From positions 1 to 47,302 of the forward strand of contig CAIKWD010000018.1 of assembly GCA_903831095.1 (NCBI GenBank): a DNA stretch of 47,302 nucleotides, read 5' to 3'. Numbering within the stretch: the first letter of the stretch is position 1; every line of letters begins with the position of its first letter. Positions 26,533 to 34,446 of the stretch are shown piece by piece. The DNA comes from Candidatus Staskawiczbacteria bacterium. Lineage in GTDB: Bacteria > Patescibacteriota > Minisyncoccia > Minisyncoccales > Staskawiczbacteraceae. A program made the translations under genes and the position numbers. The notes below the pieces were generated by a model. That model made no database searches. It saw only the letters and a program-made list of their open reading frames with translations, and was not told the DNA's origin.

Positions 26533-27732
26533 TTACTTTATTTTAATTTTAACGAATTTTCTGCTTCCAACTTTTATTATCATTTCATCTACTAAAACAA
26601 CATCTTTTTTCCAATCAGCAACTCTTTCCTTTATTTCCCCATTTATTATTTCTACTCCTCCACCTTCAACCAATCTTTTGGCCTCATTTTTTGAGGAAGC
26701 TAATTTTGTATCAAACAGCAAATTTAAAATAAAATAATTTTTCTTTTCCGTTGTAAAAACTGGCATGTCGCTTGGCAATTCCCTATTCCTGAAAATTTTA
26801 TCAAACTCTTCCTCAGCCCTTACAGCTTCCTTTTCCCCATGATACATTTTTACAATTTCCCTCGCCAATTTTGCCTTAATATCCCTTGGATTACTTGAAG
26901 AACTCTTAATTTGCGACATTTCTTCTTTTGAAAGCCTTGTGCACAATTCAAAATAATCATCTATTGATTCATCCTTCATAGACATAATTTTTCCAAACAT
27001 ATCACTTGGCTCATCTAGAATTGTAACTATATTTCCCCAACTAGTCGACATTTTTCTGCCATCCAATCCATTAAGCATTTTTGACGTCATTATATCTTGC
27101 TGATTCTGCTTAAAATACTTTTGGATTTCCCGGCCTGCCTGTAAATTAAACAACTGATCAGATCCTCCTATTTCAACATCAGATTTTACTATTACAGAAT
27201 CATAGCCCTGAAACAAAGGATAATCTAATTCGTGCGAGCCGATGGGTTTACCTTCGTCCCATCTTTCCTTAAAGTTTCTTCTTTGAATTACTTGCTGTGC
27301 GGTAAATATCATCTGAAGTCTAACAAAATCCATCACTTTCATTTTTTTAAACCATGCACTATTATATCTCACTTCAACTTTTTTCATATCTAAAATTTTA
27401 CCAATTTGTCTTAGATAATCTTTTAAATTTTCTTTTATTTCTTTTTCAGACAAAACCTGCCTCATTGCCTGCTTATCTGAAGCATCTCCAATTTGCGCAG
27501 TAAAATCTCCAATAATTAAAACTATTTTATGCCCCATATCTTGAAAATCTCTTAATTTCCAAAACTGAAAAGCTCGGCCGATGTGTATTTTAGGACCAGT
27601 AGGATCAATGCCAAGTTTAATTCTTAATTGTTTGCCGGACTGGAGTTTTTTAAGTAAACTTTCTTTTTCGAAAATTTCTTCAATTCCTCTAGTCAAAATA
27701 TTTTCTATTTTTTGTGGATTTGTGTCTGTCAT
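26533..27732 (-). CDS. tyrS: Tyrosyl-tRNA synthetase
   Basis: HIGH-type PKIHIGRA, KMSKS-type KMSTS, and a C-terminal S4-like domain (SKNEAKRLVEGGGVEING). Confidence 0.88.
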   Translation of the reverse strand: MTDTNPQKIENILTRGIEEIFEKESLLKKLQSGKQLRIKLGIDPTGPKIHIGRAFQFWKLRDFQDMGHKIVLIIGDFTAQIGDASDKQAMRQVLSEKEIKENLKDYLRQIGKILDMKKVEVRYNSAWFKKMKVMDFVRLQMIFTAQQVIQRRNFKERWDEGKPIGSHELDYPLFQGYDSVIVKSDVEIGGSDQLFNLQAGREIQKYFKQNQQDIMTSKMLNGLDGRKMSTSWGNIVTILDEPSDMFGKIMSMKDESIDDYFELCTRLSKEEMSQIKSSSSNPRDIKAKLAREIVKMYHGEKEAVRAEEEFDKIFRNRELPSDMPVFTTEKKNYFILNLLFDTKLASSKNEAKRLVEGGGVEIINGEIKERVADWKKDVVLVDEMIIKVGSRKFVKIKIK

Positions 27733-27771
27733 GGTATTTTTTAAATATTAATGAATAATACCAATTTTTAC

Positions 27772-27816
27772 CAAAAAAAGAAAGCGGGGGTGCCTTTCGG
27801 GCCTCGCTTTCTTTTC
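27772..27816 (-). terminator. Intrinsic terminator after trpB
   Basis: Minus strand: GAAAGCGaggcccgaaaggcaccccCGCTTTC followed by a T7 run. Confidence 0.7.
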
Positions 27817-27831
27817 CACAGCACATTTTTG

Positions 27832-29127
27832 CTATTTTATCTTACCTGCCATAAAATCGTCATATGCTGACATGTCAAAATGCCCATGCCCTGAAAGGTT
27901 AAACAAAATCACTTTTGCTTCTCCAGTTTCTTTGCATTTTAATGCCTCATCAATCGCGGCTTTTATGGCGTGTGAAGATTCAGGCGCTGGTATTATACCT
28001 TGATTTTTGGCAAACTTCACAGCCGCCTCAAAAACCTCAACCTGCTCATAAGCTCTTGCCTCAATTATTTTTTCATCAAGCAAAAGGCTTACAATTGGAG
28101 AAGACCCGTGATACCTCAAGCCTCCCGCATGTATTGGCGAAGGAATATAATCATGCCCCAATGTATGCATTTTCAAAAGCGGAGTAAAACCAGCTGTATC
28201 TCCCAAATCATATTCGTATTTTCCTTTTGTAAGAGATGGGCATGAAGCTGGCTCAACTGCTATGGCTCGCAAATTTGGCTTTGTACCATCTAGTTTATCT
28301 TTTAGGAATGGAAAGGCCAATCCGCCAAAGTTACTTCCTCCTCCATGACAAGCAATAACAATATCAGGATAATCTCCGGCAATTTTCATTTGCTTCTGAG
28401 CCTCCTGGCCTATTATTGTCTGGTGTAGCAAAACATGATTTAAAACAGACCCCAGGCAGTAATTTGTATCTTTTCTAGAAACCGCATCTTCAACTGCTTC
28501 GGAAATTGCAATTCCCAAACTTCCAGGATGATTTGTGTCTTCAGCCTGGTATTTCTGTCCGCTTTTTGTAAGATTGCTTGGGCTGGCCACAACATTTGCG
28601 CCAAACAATTTCATCATTATTTTCCTGTAAGGCTTGTGGTCATAGCTGGACTTTACCATGTAAACCATGGACTCCAATCCAAAATGCTGGCAGGCAAAAC
28701 TCATTGCCGAGCCCCACTGGCCTGCTCCGGTTTCCGTTGTCAGTCTTTTAATTCCTGCCAGTTTATTATAGTAAGCCTGAGGCAAAGCTGTATTTAACTT
28801 GTGACTTCCAACTGGACTTACTCCCTCATACTTGTAATAAATTTTAGCGGGAGTTCCAAGTTCTTTTTCCAAAGCCGCAGCCCTTATCAATGGACTTGGC
28901 CTGTAAAGGTAATAAGCTTTCCTGACTTCCTCGGGAATTTCTATGTATCTTTCCTGCGAAACTTCCTGCTTGATCAATTCCATTGGAAAAATAGCCGACA
29001 AGTCTTCTGGACCAATTGGCTTTTTTGTTCCAGGATGCAAAGGCGGATCCAATGGCTTTGGCAAATCTGGAATTATATTGTAATAATGCGTTGGTATTTC
29101 TTCTTGCGATAAATTTATAATAGGCAC
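27832..29127 (-). CDS. trpB: Tryptophan synthase beta-chain-like PLP enzyme (TrpB2 type)
   Basis: EEIPTHYYNIIPDLP N-terminus, PLP lysine motif VGSHKLNTA, GGGSNFGG. GTG start with no obvious Shine-Dalgarno sequence. No trpA adjacent. Confidence 0.85.
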   Translation of the reverse strand: MPIINLSQEEIPTHYYNIIPDLPKPLDPPLHPGTKKPIGPEDLSAIFPMELIKQEVSQERYIEIPEEVRKAYYLYRPSPLIRAAALEKELGTPAKIYYKYEGVSPVGSHKLNTALPQAYYNKLAGIKRLTTETGAGQWGSAMSFACQHFGLESMVYMVKSSYDHKPYRKIMMKLFGANVVASPSNLTKSGQKYQAEDTNHPGSLGIAISEAVEDAVSRKDTNYCLGSVLNHVLLHQTIIGQEAQKQMKIAGDYPDIVIACHGGGSNFGGLAFPFLKDKLDGTKPNLRAIAVEPASCPSLTKGKYEYDLGDTAGFTPLLKMHTLGHDYIPSPIHAGGLRYHGSSPIVSLLLDEKIIEARAYEQVEVFEAAVKFAKNQGIIPAPESSHAIKAAIDEALKCKETGEAKVILFNLSGHGHFDMSAYDDFMAGKIK

Positions 29128-29241
29128 GGTCTTGTGAGCGAGGCGAACAAGATTGCTTCGGCCCCGCTGAGCGGGGACGCGGAAATACTTTGTTCTATCG
29201 CGGTTAATTTTTATTAATATATTTGTATTTAAAACCGCCAG
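29128..29241 (-). ncRNA. Unassigned GC-rich structured leader upstream of trpB
   Basis: Minus-strand helices: GCGGTT/AACCGC, CCCCGC-tca-GCGGGG, CGAA/TTCG and CTTGT/ACAAG. The local G+C is clearly above that of the surrounding DNA. There is no start codon in the trpB frame upstream of the GTG. Confidence 0.4.
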
Positions 29242-29367
29242 AATTCTGTTCCTTTATTTTTAATTATAAATTTTATTTTTTTATTTGTTTGCATAATATT
29301 TTAAAAAGATTTGTGTGACACAAAGGCAAAACCTCTGTGCCACACATATATTATTTTATCCTCCCAA

Positions 29368-29520
29368 TTAATTATTGAAAAATCCGTTATTTCTTTTTTT
29401 CCCAGAAACAGAATCGCTTTTCCCAGTAAAAAAGTTAAATCCAGATTTTTTAGGAAAAACCGGCACAACTTTTTTAGTGCTTTTCCCGTTCTGTGATGAT
29501 TTTTCATTTTTCTTTGCCAT
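29368..29520 (-). CDS. Unlisted small basic ORF (50 aa) downstream of the T-box terminator
   Basis: AAGGAGAG lies 6 nt before the ATG. Translation: MAKKNEKSSQNGKSTKKVVPVFPKKSGFNFFTGKSDSVSGKKRNNGFFNN. Confidence 0.35.
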   Translation of the reverse strand: MAKKNEKSSQNGKSTKKVVPVFPKKSGFNFFTGKSDSVSGKKRNNGFFNN

Positions 29521-29557
29521 GACACTCTCTCCTTATTAAGTTTTAAATTTTCTAAAC

Positions 29558-29830
29558 AAAAAACCCCGTCCACTGGGCATAACTAAATTATGCGCAAAGG
29601 ACGAGGAATTAACTCGCGGTACCACCTTTGATCCCGTCAAAATGCTTTATATTTTGTCGGACTCTTTCATCGACTTTTTATTATCGATTATCCTATGGTT
29701 ACGGAGGATGCCGGACTCTCACTTATGCAAGAGCCACCTCATCAAGCCCACCCCTTCAACCTTGGGAGTTGAAGGACCTGAATCAACGGTTTTGTAATTT
29801 TTAGGGAACACTATGCAAAGCCAAATATAC
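29558..29830 (-). promoter_or_regulatory. T-box-type tRNA-sensing leader (antiterminator/terminator switch)
   Basis: Minus strand AAAGGUGGUACCGCG (29612-29626) matches the T-box consensus. The antiterminator GACGGGA...UCCUCGUC competes with the terminator CCUCGUCC...GGACGGGG plus a U6 run (29558-29606). An AGUGAGAGUC (AG-box-like) element lies upstream. Leader length is about 270 nt from the predicted transcription start. Confidence 0.7.
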
Positions 29831-29833
29831 CTT

Positions 29834-29861
29834 ATATTACCACAACCTAACCCTATGTCAA
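29834..29861 (-). promoter_or_regulatory. Sigma70-type promoter of the T-box leader
   Basis: Minus strand: TTGACA, 16 nt, TAATAT. Confidence 0.65.
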
Positions 29862-29869
29862 TATTAAAT

Positions 29870-29899
29870 AAAAAATCTCCCAACAATTAAGTTGAGAGA
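29870..29899 (-). terminator. Intrinsic terminator of hisI
   Basis: Minus strand reads TCTCTCAACttaattGTTGGGAGAtttttt. Confidence 0.75.
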
Positions 29900-29907
29900 T
29901 ATATATT

Positions 29908-30264
29908 TTATGAGACATTGTGCCAAAAACAACTTCTTTTACCTGTGTGACATGCAACTCCATTTCCTTTAACCCTAACGCCAATTAAAACAGAGTCACA
30001 GTCACAATCTAAATATTGGGAAACTACTTCCATTTCGTTTCCCGACGTAGCTCCCTTCCGCCACAACTCATCTCTGTTTGTAGACCAAAAATGAACTATA
30101 TTTGTTTTCTGGGTTTTATCCCAGGCAATCTGGTCCATAAAACCCTGCATTAAAACCTCTTCGGTTTCTTCGTCTACAATTATCACAATTATGCAATTTA
30201 ACTCTTTTCTTTCTCCGCTCTTTTTGGAAACATAAACCAGCGTCTTTCTAAAATCGGGCATCAT
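29908..30264 (-). CDS. hisI: Phosphoribosyl-AMP cyclohydrolase
   Basis: WSTNRDELWRKGATSGNEMEVV...DCDCDSVLIGV...GVACHTGKRSCF. Confidence 0.88.
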   Translation of the reverse strand: MMPDFRKTLVYVSKKSGERKELNCIIVIIVDEETEEVLMQGFMDQIAWDKTQKTNIVHFWSTNRDELWRKGATSGNEMEVVSQYLDCDCDSVLIGVRVKGNGVACHTGKRSCFWHNVS

Positions 30265-31172
30265 AATACACCTCTTTCTTTTGGTTGTGACATTACTAAT
30301 GAAATTTCCCGGTTAACAATAATGTCAGTCACTTTAATTTTGAGAAGTTCAAAAATAATTTTCTGTTCTTCTTCCAGCAACACAACAGATTGAAGAGCAA
30401 ACCATCCTGGTAGTTCTAAAGGAAAAACTGACGGCGATTTAAGACCTCCCATAATTTTTATCGCTTCGTCGGCCGACCTTTCTGGAACATTAGCTGTAAT
30501 CATTACATATTTAGAAGCTAGAAAGGCTCCATTAATTAATTGTACAAAACAATTTATATAAGGCTTTTTAGCTTCGTCTGCAAGCGATTCTGGATTTGCC
30601 ACAATAACAAGGTTTGACTCCATTATCTCATAAATAATTTCAAGCCCATGTTCCCTCAAAGAATCACCGCTTTCAGTAATGTCCACAATGCCCGAGGCGC
30701 CAAATTTTACTTTGCTCTCAGTATTTCCGTAGGACCGTACCACGCGAATATCGGGCCTTCCCTGCTCTGCAAAAAACCTCTGCGCCAACTCCACATATTC
30801 TGTAGCAATCTCGCAATTTTGCGGAAGGTCTTCAATCTTCTTAAAGCCGCTTTCTTTGCTTGTAGCTAGTACGATTTTAACTGCCTTGGTCCCCGCACGG
30901 CCAACTGGCAACTTCAGTAAAATTGGAAATTTATATCCCCAATTTGTAATCCAATCATAGCCCACTATAGCAACATCAAAATGACCCTGCTTTAAGTAAT
31001 ACGGAATTTCCTGCGGACGCTGGAAGGCAATTCTCTTTATCCAGTCAACATTCACTGTGCCTTCTTTTATCCTTTTCTTTGGAAGAGTAACTGGAATGCC
31101 CGCCTTTGCAAAAAGTCCCATTACAACTTCCTGCATTGACCCATCTGGAACCACAACGTCAATCTGACTCAT
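30261..31172 (-). CDS. hisG: ATP phosphoribosyltransferase (long form)
   Basis: PDGSMQE..LF.KAGI, EIPYYLKQGHFDVAIVGYDW, GIVDITESGDSLREHGL, and a C-terminal regulatory-domain-length extension. AGGAGG Shine-Dalgarno sequence. Confidence 0.8.
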   Translation of the reverse strand: MSQIDVVVPDGSMQEVVMGLFAKAGIPVTLPKKRIKEGTVNVDWIKRIAFQRPQEIPYYLKQGHFDVAIVGYDWITNWGYKFPILLKLPVGRAGTKAVKIVLATSKESGFKKIEDLPQNCEIATEYVELAQRFFAEQGRPDIRVVRSYGNTESKVKFGASGIVDITESGDSLREHGLEIIYEIMESNLVIVANPESLADEAKKPYINCFVQLINGAFLASKYVMITANVPERSADEAIKIMGGLKSPSVFPLELPGWFALQSVVLLEEEQKIIFELLKIKVTDIIVNREISLVMSQPKERGVL

Positions 31173-31211
31173 AAAATCCTCCTATGTTTTCAAAGTGCAT
31201 TTGGCTTATTT

Positions 31212-31244
31212 CAAAATAAAATAAACCCCTCTCTTTCGAGAAGG
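31212..31244 (-). terminator. Intrinsic terminator after the yerC-like gene
   Basis: Minus strand reads CCCTTCTCgaaaGAGAGGGGtttatttt. Confidence 0.7.
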
Positions 31245-31278
31245 GACTGAATTTATGCAAAATTATTTATACATCAAC

Positions 31279-31593
31279 TCAAACCTTTCTTGAAAGAGAA
31301 AGATTTTTATGATGATTTATTCTTTTCAGCATCAGCTTATACCCACCCGCTCCGACATTTAACCATTTTGAAATTCTAGCTACAGTTCTTGAACTTAATC
31401 CAGTTTCCTTAACTATTTTCTCATAGGAAATATTTTTGTCCAACATTTGTGCTGCTTGCCACCTTTTGCCAAATTCTATAATTTCTTCAGAAGTAAGCAA
31501 ATCACGTAAAAACATTTTTGTTTCCTTTATATTTTTAAGTTTGAGTATAACCTTAAACAAATTTTCAGTTGTTTTATTATTCCAATTTTTCAT
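31279..31593 (-). CDS. TrpR-related YerC/YecD-family DNA-binding protein
   Basis: LLTSEEIIEFGKRWQAAQML..ISYEKIVKETGLSSRTVARISKWL is the Trp-repressor-like HTH pattern. Confidence 0.75.
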   Translation of the reverse strand: MKNWNNKTTENLFKVILKLKNIKETKMFLRDLLTSEEIIEFGKRWQAAQMLDKNISYEKIVKETGLSSRTVARISKWLNVGAGGYKLMLKRINHHKNLSLSRKV

Positions 31594-31614
31594 ATATTTA
31601 CTTTATCTAAGTAA

Positions 31615-31643
31615 AGTATAGCAAATATAATAATCTGTGTCAA
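31615..31643 (-). promoter_or_regulatory. Sigma70-type promoter of the yerC-like gene
   Basis: Minus strand: TTGACA, 17 nt, TATACT. Confidence 0.6.
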
Positions 31644-31651
31644 TAGACAAC

Positions 31652-31681
31652 AAAAAATCCGAGATATTCTCGGATCTTTTT
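31652..31681 (-). terminator. Intrinsic terminator of murC
   Basis: Minus strand reads aaaaaGATCCGAGaatatCTCGGATtttttt. Confidence 0.8.
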
Positions 31682-31692
31682 GTGCATAATAT

Positions 31693-33006
31693 TTAAAACT
31701 TGTCTGTAAGTTTGTAAATGTCTCCCGCACCCATAATTATCAACACGTCGCCAGATTTTATATTTTGCATGATAAAACTTTCTATTTCCTGCATTGGCAG
31801 ATATGATATGTTCTTTTTGTTTATTTTTTTAACCAATTTTTCAGAGCTGACTTCCCCACTTATTGTTTTTGTTTCTCTGCCAGCGACATCATAAATATCT
31901 GTAATTATTATATTATCTATTCGTCCCGCTTGGCGGGATCCCGCTACGCGTGAAAAAACTTTTACAAAGTCATTAAACAAATAATAAGTTCTTTGGTGTT
32001 GATGAGGCTGAAAAACACACCATATTCGATTTCTTGCATATTTTTCTCGTGCAGCTTTTAAAGTAGCTAAAATTTCATTTGGATGGTGTCCATAATCAGA
32101 AACTAAAGTTATTTGTTTGTCTTCTACCTTAGCTTCCCTGATCTCAAACCTTCTCCATGTGCCACTAAACTTTGAAATGGCTCTAAGATAAATTTTCTCA
32201 GGAATATTCAAAACTTTGGCAACATCAAGCGCCGCCATTGCATTTGAAACATTGTGCATCCCTGGCACTTTTAAAATAGGTTTTATTTTTTTAGCTTCTT
32301 TCTGTTTTATAGAATATCCAACTGCCTTAAATTTTGGCTTTGCAATTTTGGGTGGATATTTGTCGTCTTTGTTAAATACTAAAAAGCCATCTTCAGGAAG
32401 TCGCACAATAAAATCTTTGAAAGCTTTTTTTACGTTTGCAAATGTCTTGAAGTAATCCAAATGTTCTTTGTCTATATTTGTAATTACAATTATTTTTGGC
32501 GAATAGCTTAAAAATGACGAGTCATATTCGCACGCTTCTATAACAAGAAATTTACTTTTTCCAGCCCGAAAATTACTATTGCCAAATTCTTTCAATTTTG
32601 TACCAACAATAACGGTTGGATCAAACCCAGCTTCCATTAAAACCAATGCAATCATGGCTGTTGTTGTACTTTTTCCATGAGCTCCGGCAACTGCAATTGT
32701 ATAATATTCTTTTGTCAGCTCTCCCAATGCTTCAGGATAACTTTGAGTTTTTATACCAAGTTCTTTTGCCTTTTTATATTCAGGATTATCTAGCTTTACC
32801 GCTGGACTATGCACAACCAAATCAAAATCACTTTGTATGTTTTCTACTAAATTACCAATAATTACCTTAATACCTTTACCAACCAAAAAATCTGTAATTT
32901 CGGAAGCAACCAAATCTGAGCCACTCACTGTGTGTCCTTTTGACAAATAATATTGCGCCAATGACGAAACCCCAATTCCCCCAATTCCAATTAAATGTAT
33001 CTTCAT
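31693..33006 (-). CDS. murC: UDP-N-acetylmuramate--L-alanine ligase
   Basis: MKIHLIGIGGIGVSSLA and the Mur ligase P-loop GAHGKSTTTAM. 437 aa. Confidence 0.92.
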   Translation of the reverse strand: MKIHLIGIGGIGVSSLAQYYLSKGHTVSGSDLVASEITDFLVGKGIKVIIGNLVENIQSDFDLVVHSPAVKLDNPEYKKAKELGIKTQSYPEALGELTKEYYTIAVAGAHGKSTTTAMIALVLMEAGFDPTVIVGTKLKEFGNSNFRAGKSKFLVIEACEYDSSFLSYSPKIIVITNIDKEHLDYFKTFANVKKAFKDFIVRLPEDGFLVFNKDDKYPPKIAKPKFKAVGYSIKQKEAKKIKPILKVPGMHNVSNAMAALDVAKVLNIPEKIYLRAISKFSGTWRRFEIREAKVEDKQITLVSDYGHHPNEILATLKAAREKYARNRIWCVFQPHQHQRTYYLFNDFVKVFSRVAGSRQAGRIDNIIITDIYDVAGRETKTISGEVSSEKLVKKINKKNISYLPMQEIESFIMQNIKSGDVLIIMGAGDIYKLTDKF

Positions 33007-33572
33007 ATTTTTAAGCTGTGAGATTCTAAAACTGTATAAATTGGACCTTCTCTTCTCATTTCAGATTCCATAACATCAATTGATTCAACAGTAAAAGACA
33101 AATCGAGCATTTCATTTATTTCCGGCCTTTCTTCTGGCTCAATCATTTTAAATTCCATGGCGCTAATGCGAGCTAATGTAACATGCGGAGCAAATGCCCT
33201 GTTTTCTGGGACAAAAGCCACTTTCTCAGTTAATGAGTTTTCCAAATCTTCCCTTAAATCTGACAATTCGTCTGACACATCTCCCTGCGCCCAAACCATT
33301 TTTGGTGGCATTTTCTTTGGTGGTCCATATAAAATTTGATTTATGTTCAAAGAAAAGCAACTGTGTCTTTCTGCAACTTCTTTCACAGTAACGCAAATTT
33401 CACCGATTTCTTCATCGGTCAAAGCTCCCAAAAATTCCAATGTTATGTGAAGGTTTTCCTTGCCCACCCACTTTGCCGGCAAATCAAGCCACTTTTCCGA
33501 ATACGAGGCCAATTCCCTTCTTATGTCCGCTGGCAAATTTATAGCAACAAATACCCTATGTCTCTTTTCCAT
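33003..33572 (-). CDS. thpR: RNA 2',3'-cyclic phosphodiesterase / 2'-5' RNA ligase family (2H)
   Basis: Two HxT/S motifs (LHITLEFLG and PHVTLARI). The stop overlaps the murC start. Confidence 0.82.
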   Translation of the reverse strand: MEKRHRVFVAINLPADIRRELASYSEKWLDLPAKWVGKENLHITLEFLGALTDEEIGEICVTVKEVAERHSCFSLNINQILYGPPKKMPPKMVWAQGDVSDELSDLREDLENSLTEKVAFVPENRAFAPHVTLARISAMEFKMIEPEERPEINEMLDLSFTVESIDVMESEMRREGPIYTVLESHSLKI

Positions 33573-33636
33573 TTTTTATTTATATATTATTGGTTGAATA
33601 TTATCATAAAAAAGCTTAGAATTAAAGCCGTAACAT

Positions 33637-34335
33637 ATGAATAAGGAAATAGCGCAAATATTTAGGGAAATAATTGAGCTTTTGGAAATAAAGGGTGATA
33701 AAGCTTTGAATTACAAACTTAGGGCTTACAGAAACGCCATAAGCATTTTAGATAACCTTAAAATTGATATAAGTGATATTTACAAAGACAAGGGAGTTAA
33801 AGGAATACGAGAATTGGGTATTGGGGAAAAAAATGCTAAGAAAATTGAAGAATATATAAAGACATCTAACTCGGCTAAAGCTACTGAAGGCAAGGGAAAA
33901 ATTAAAGAATTTGATGAATTAAAAGAAGAAACCGCCATACAAAACATAATTGCCCACTTCTTTCTGTCTAAAGGTTTGGGGTTGCAAGAATTGAAAGAAA
34001 ATGCTAAAAAGAGGAAGATAATATACTCTAGATATACCAAACCAGCCAAGCAACTGCTGGAATTGGCAGGTTCTATTGAGAAAGCCAAAGAAGCTATAGA
34101 TAAAGTGGCAAGCTGGGCAACCTCAAGAAAACTAGATTATACTATTGAAACAGTTTTTAAAAAATGGCTAGAATTAGACAGATTAAAGCCAAAAGAAATA
34201 GTTAAAAAGCCGTTTTACAAAGGTGACCCAATGATTTTCTCAGAAGCCAAGAAAAAATGGTTTGTAATACGAGATGGCGAATGGCTGGAATTTGCCGACA
34301 AAAAAGACACAATGGAGTGGCGAGAAATTAAATAG
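33637..34335 (+). CDS. Hypothetical protein with N-terminal Pol-X-like helix-hairpin-helix segment
   Basis: NKEIAQIFREIIELLEIKGDKALNYKLRAYRNAISIL resembles the 8-kDa domain of Pol beta/Pol X. No polymerase domain follows. Confidence 0.4.
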   Translation: MNKEIAQIFREIIELLEIKGDKALNYKLRAYRNAISILDNLKIDISDIYKDKGVKGIRELGIGEKNAKKIEEYIKTSNSAKATEGKGKIKEFDELKEETAIQNIIAHFFLSKGLGLQELKENAKKRKIIYSRYTKPAKQLLELAGSIEKAKEAIDKVASWATSRKLDYTIETVFKKWLELDRLKPKEIVKKPFYKGDPMIFSEAKKKWFVIRDGEWLEFADKKDTMEWREIK

Positions 34336-34446
34336 TAATTTAAATAAATAAAAATAATTAAGCGAGGTAATAAACTTTTTGAAGCCCTACGCACACAAGG
34401 TGGCGTTCTAGCGAAAAAAGTTTGATTGCCGAGCAATAATAAAAAC

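Noticed and set aside
27733-27831. A possible T-box or other leader upstream of tyrS.
   Set aside because: The region contains only the trpB terminator and a short AT-rich spacer. No conserved T-box sequence or alternative helices are present.
29301-29573. A 90-aa ORF in the track downstream of the T-box.
   Set aside because: Its GTG start lies inside the 3' arm of the T-box terminator stem and it has no RBS. A different frame has a strong Shine-Dalgarno sequence plus an ATG (29520).
29558-29830. Possible RNase P RNA, because GAGAGUCCGG resembles the P4 GAGGAAAGUCCGG element.
   Set aside because: The region is too short. The 3' P4 partner (ACAGAA..GGCUUA-type) was not found. The exact T-box sequence with mutually exclusive terminator and antiterminator helices explains the region better.
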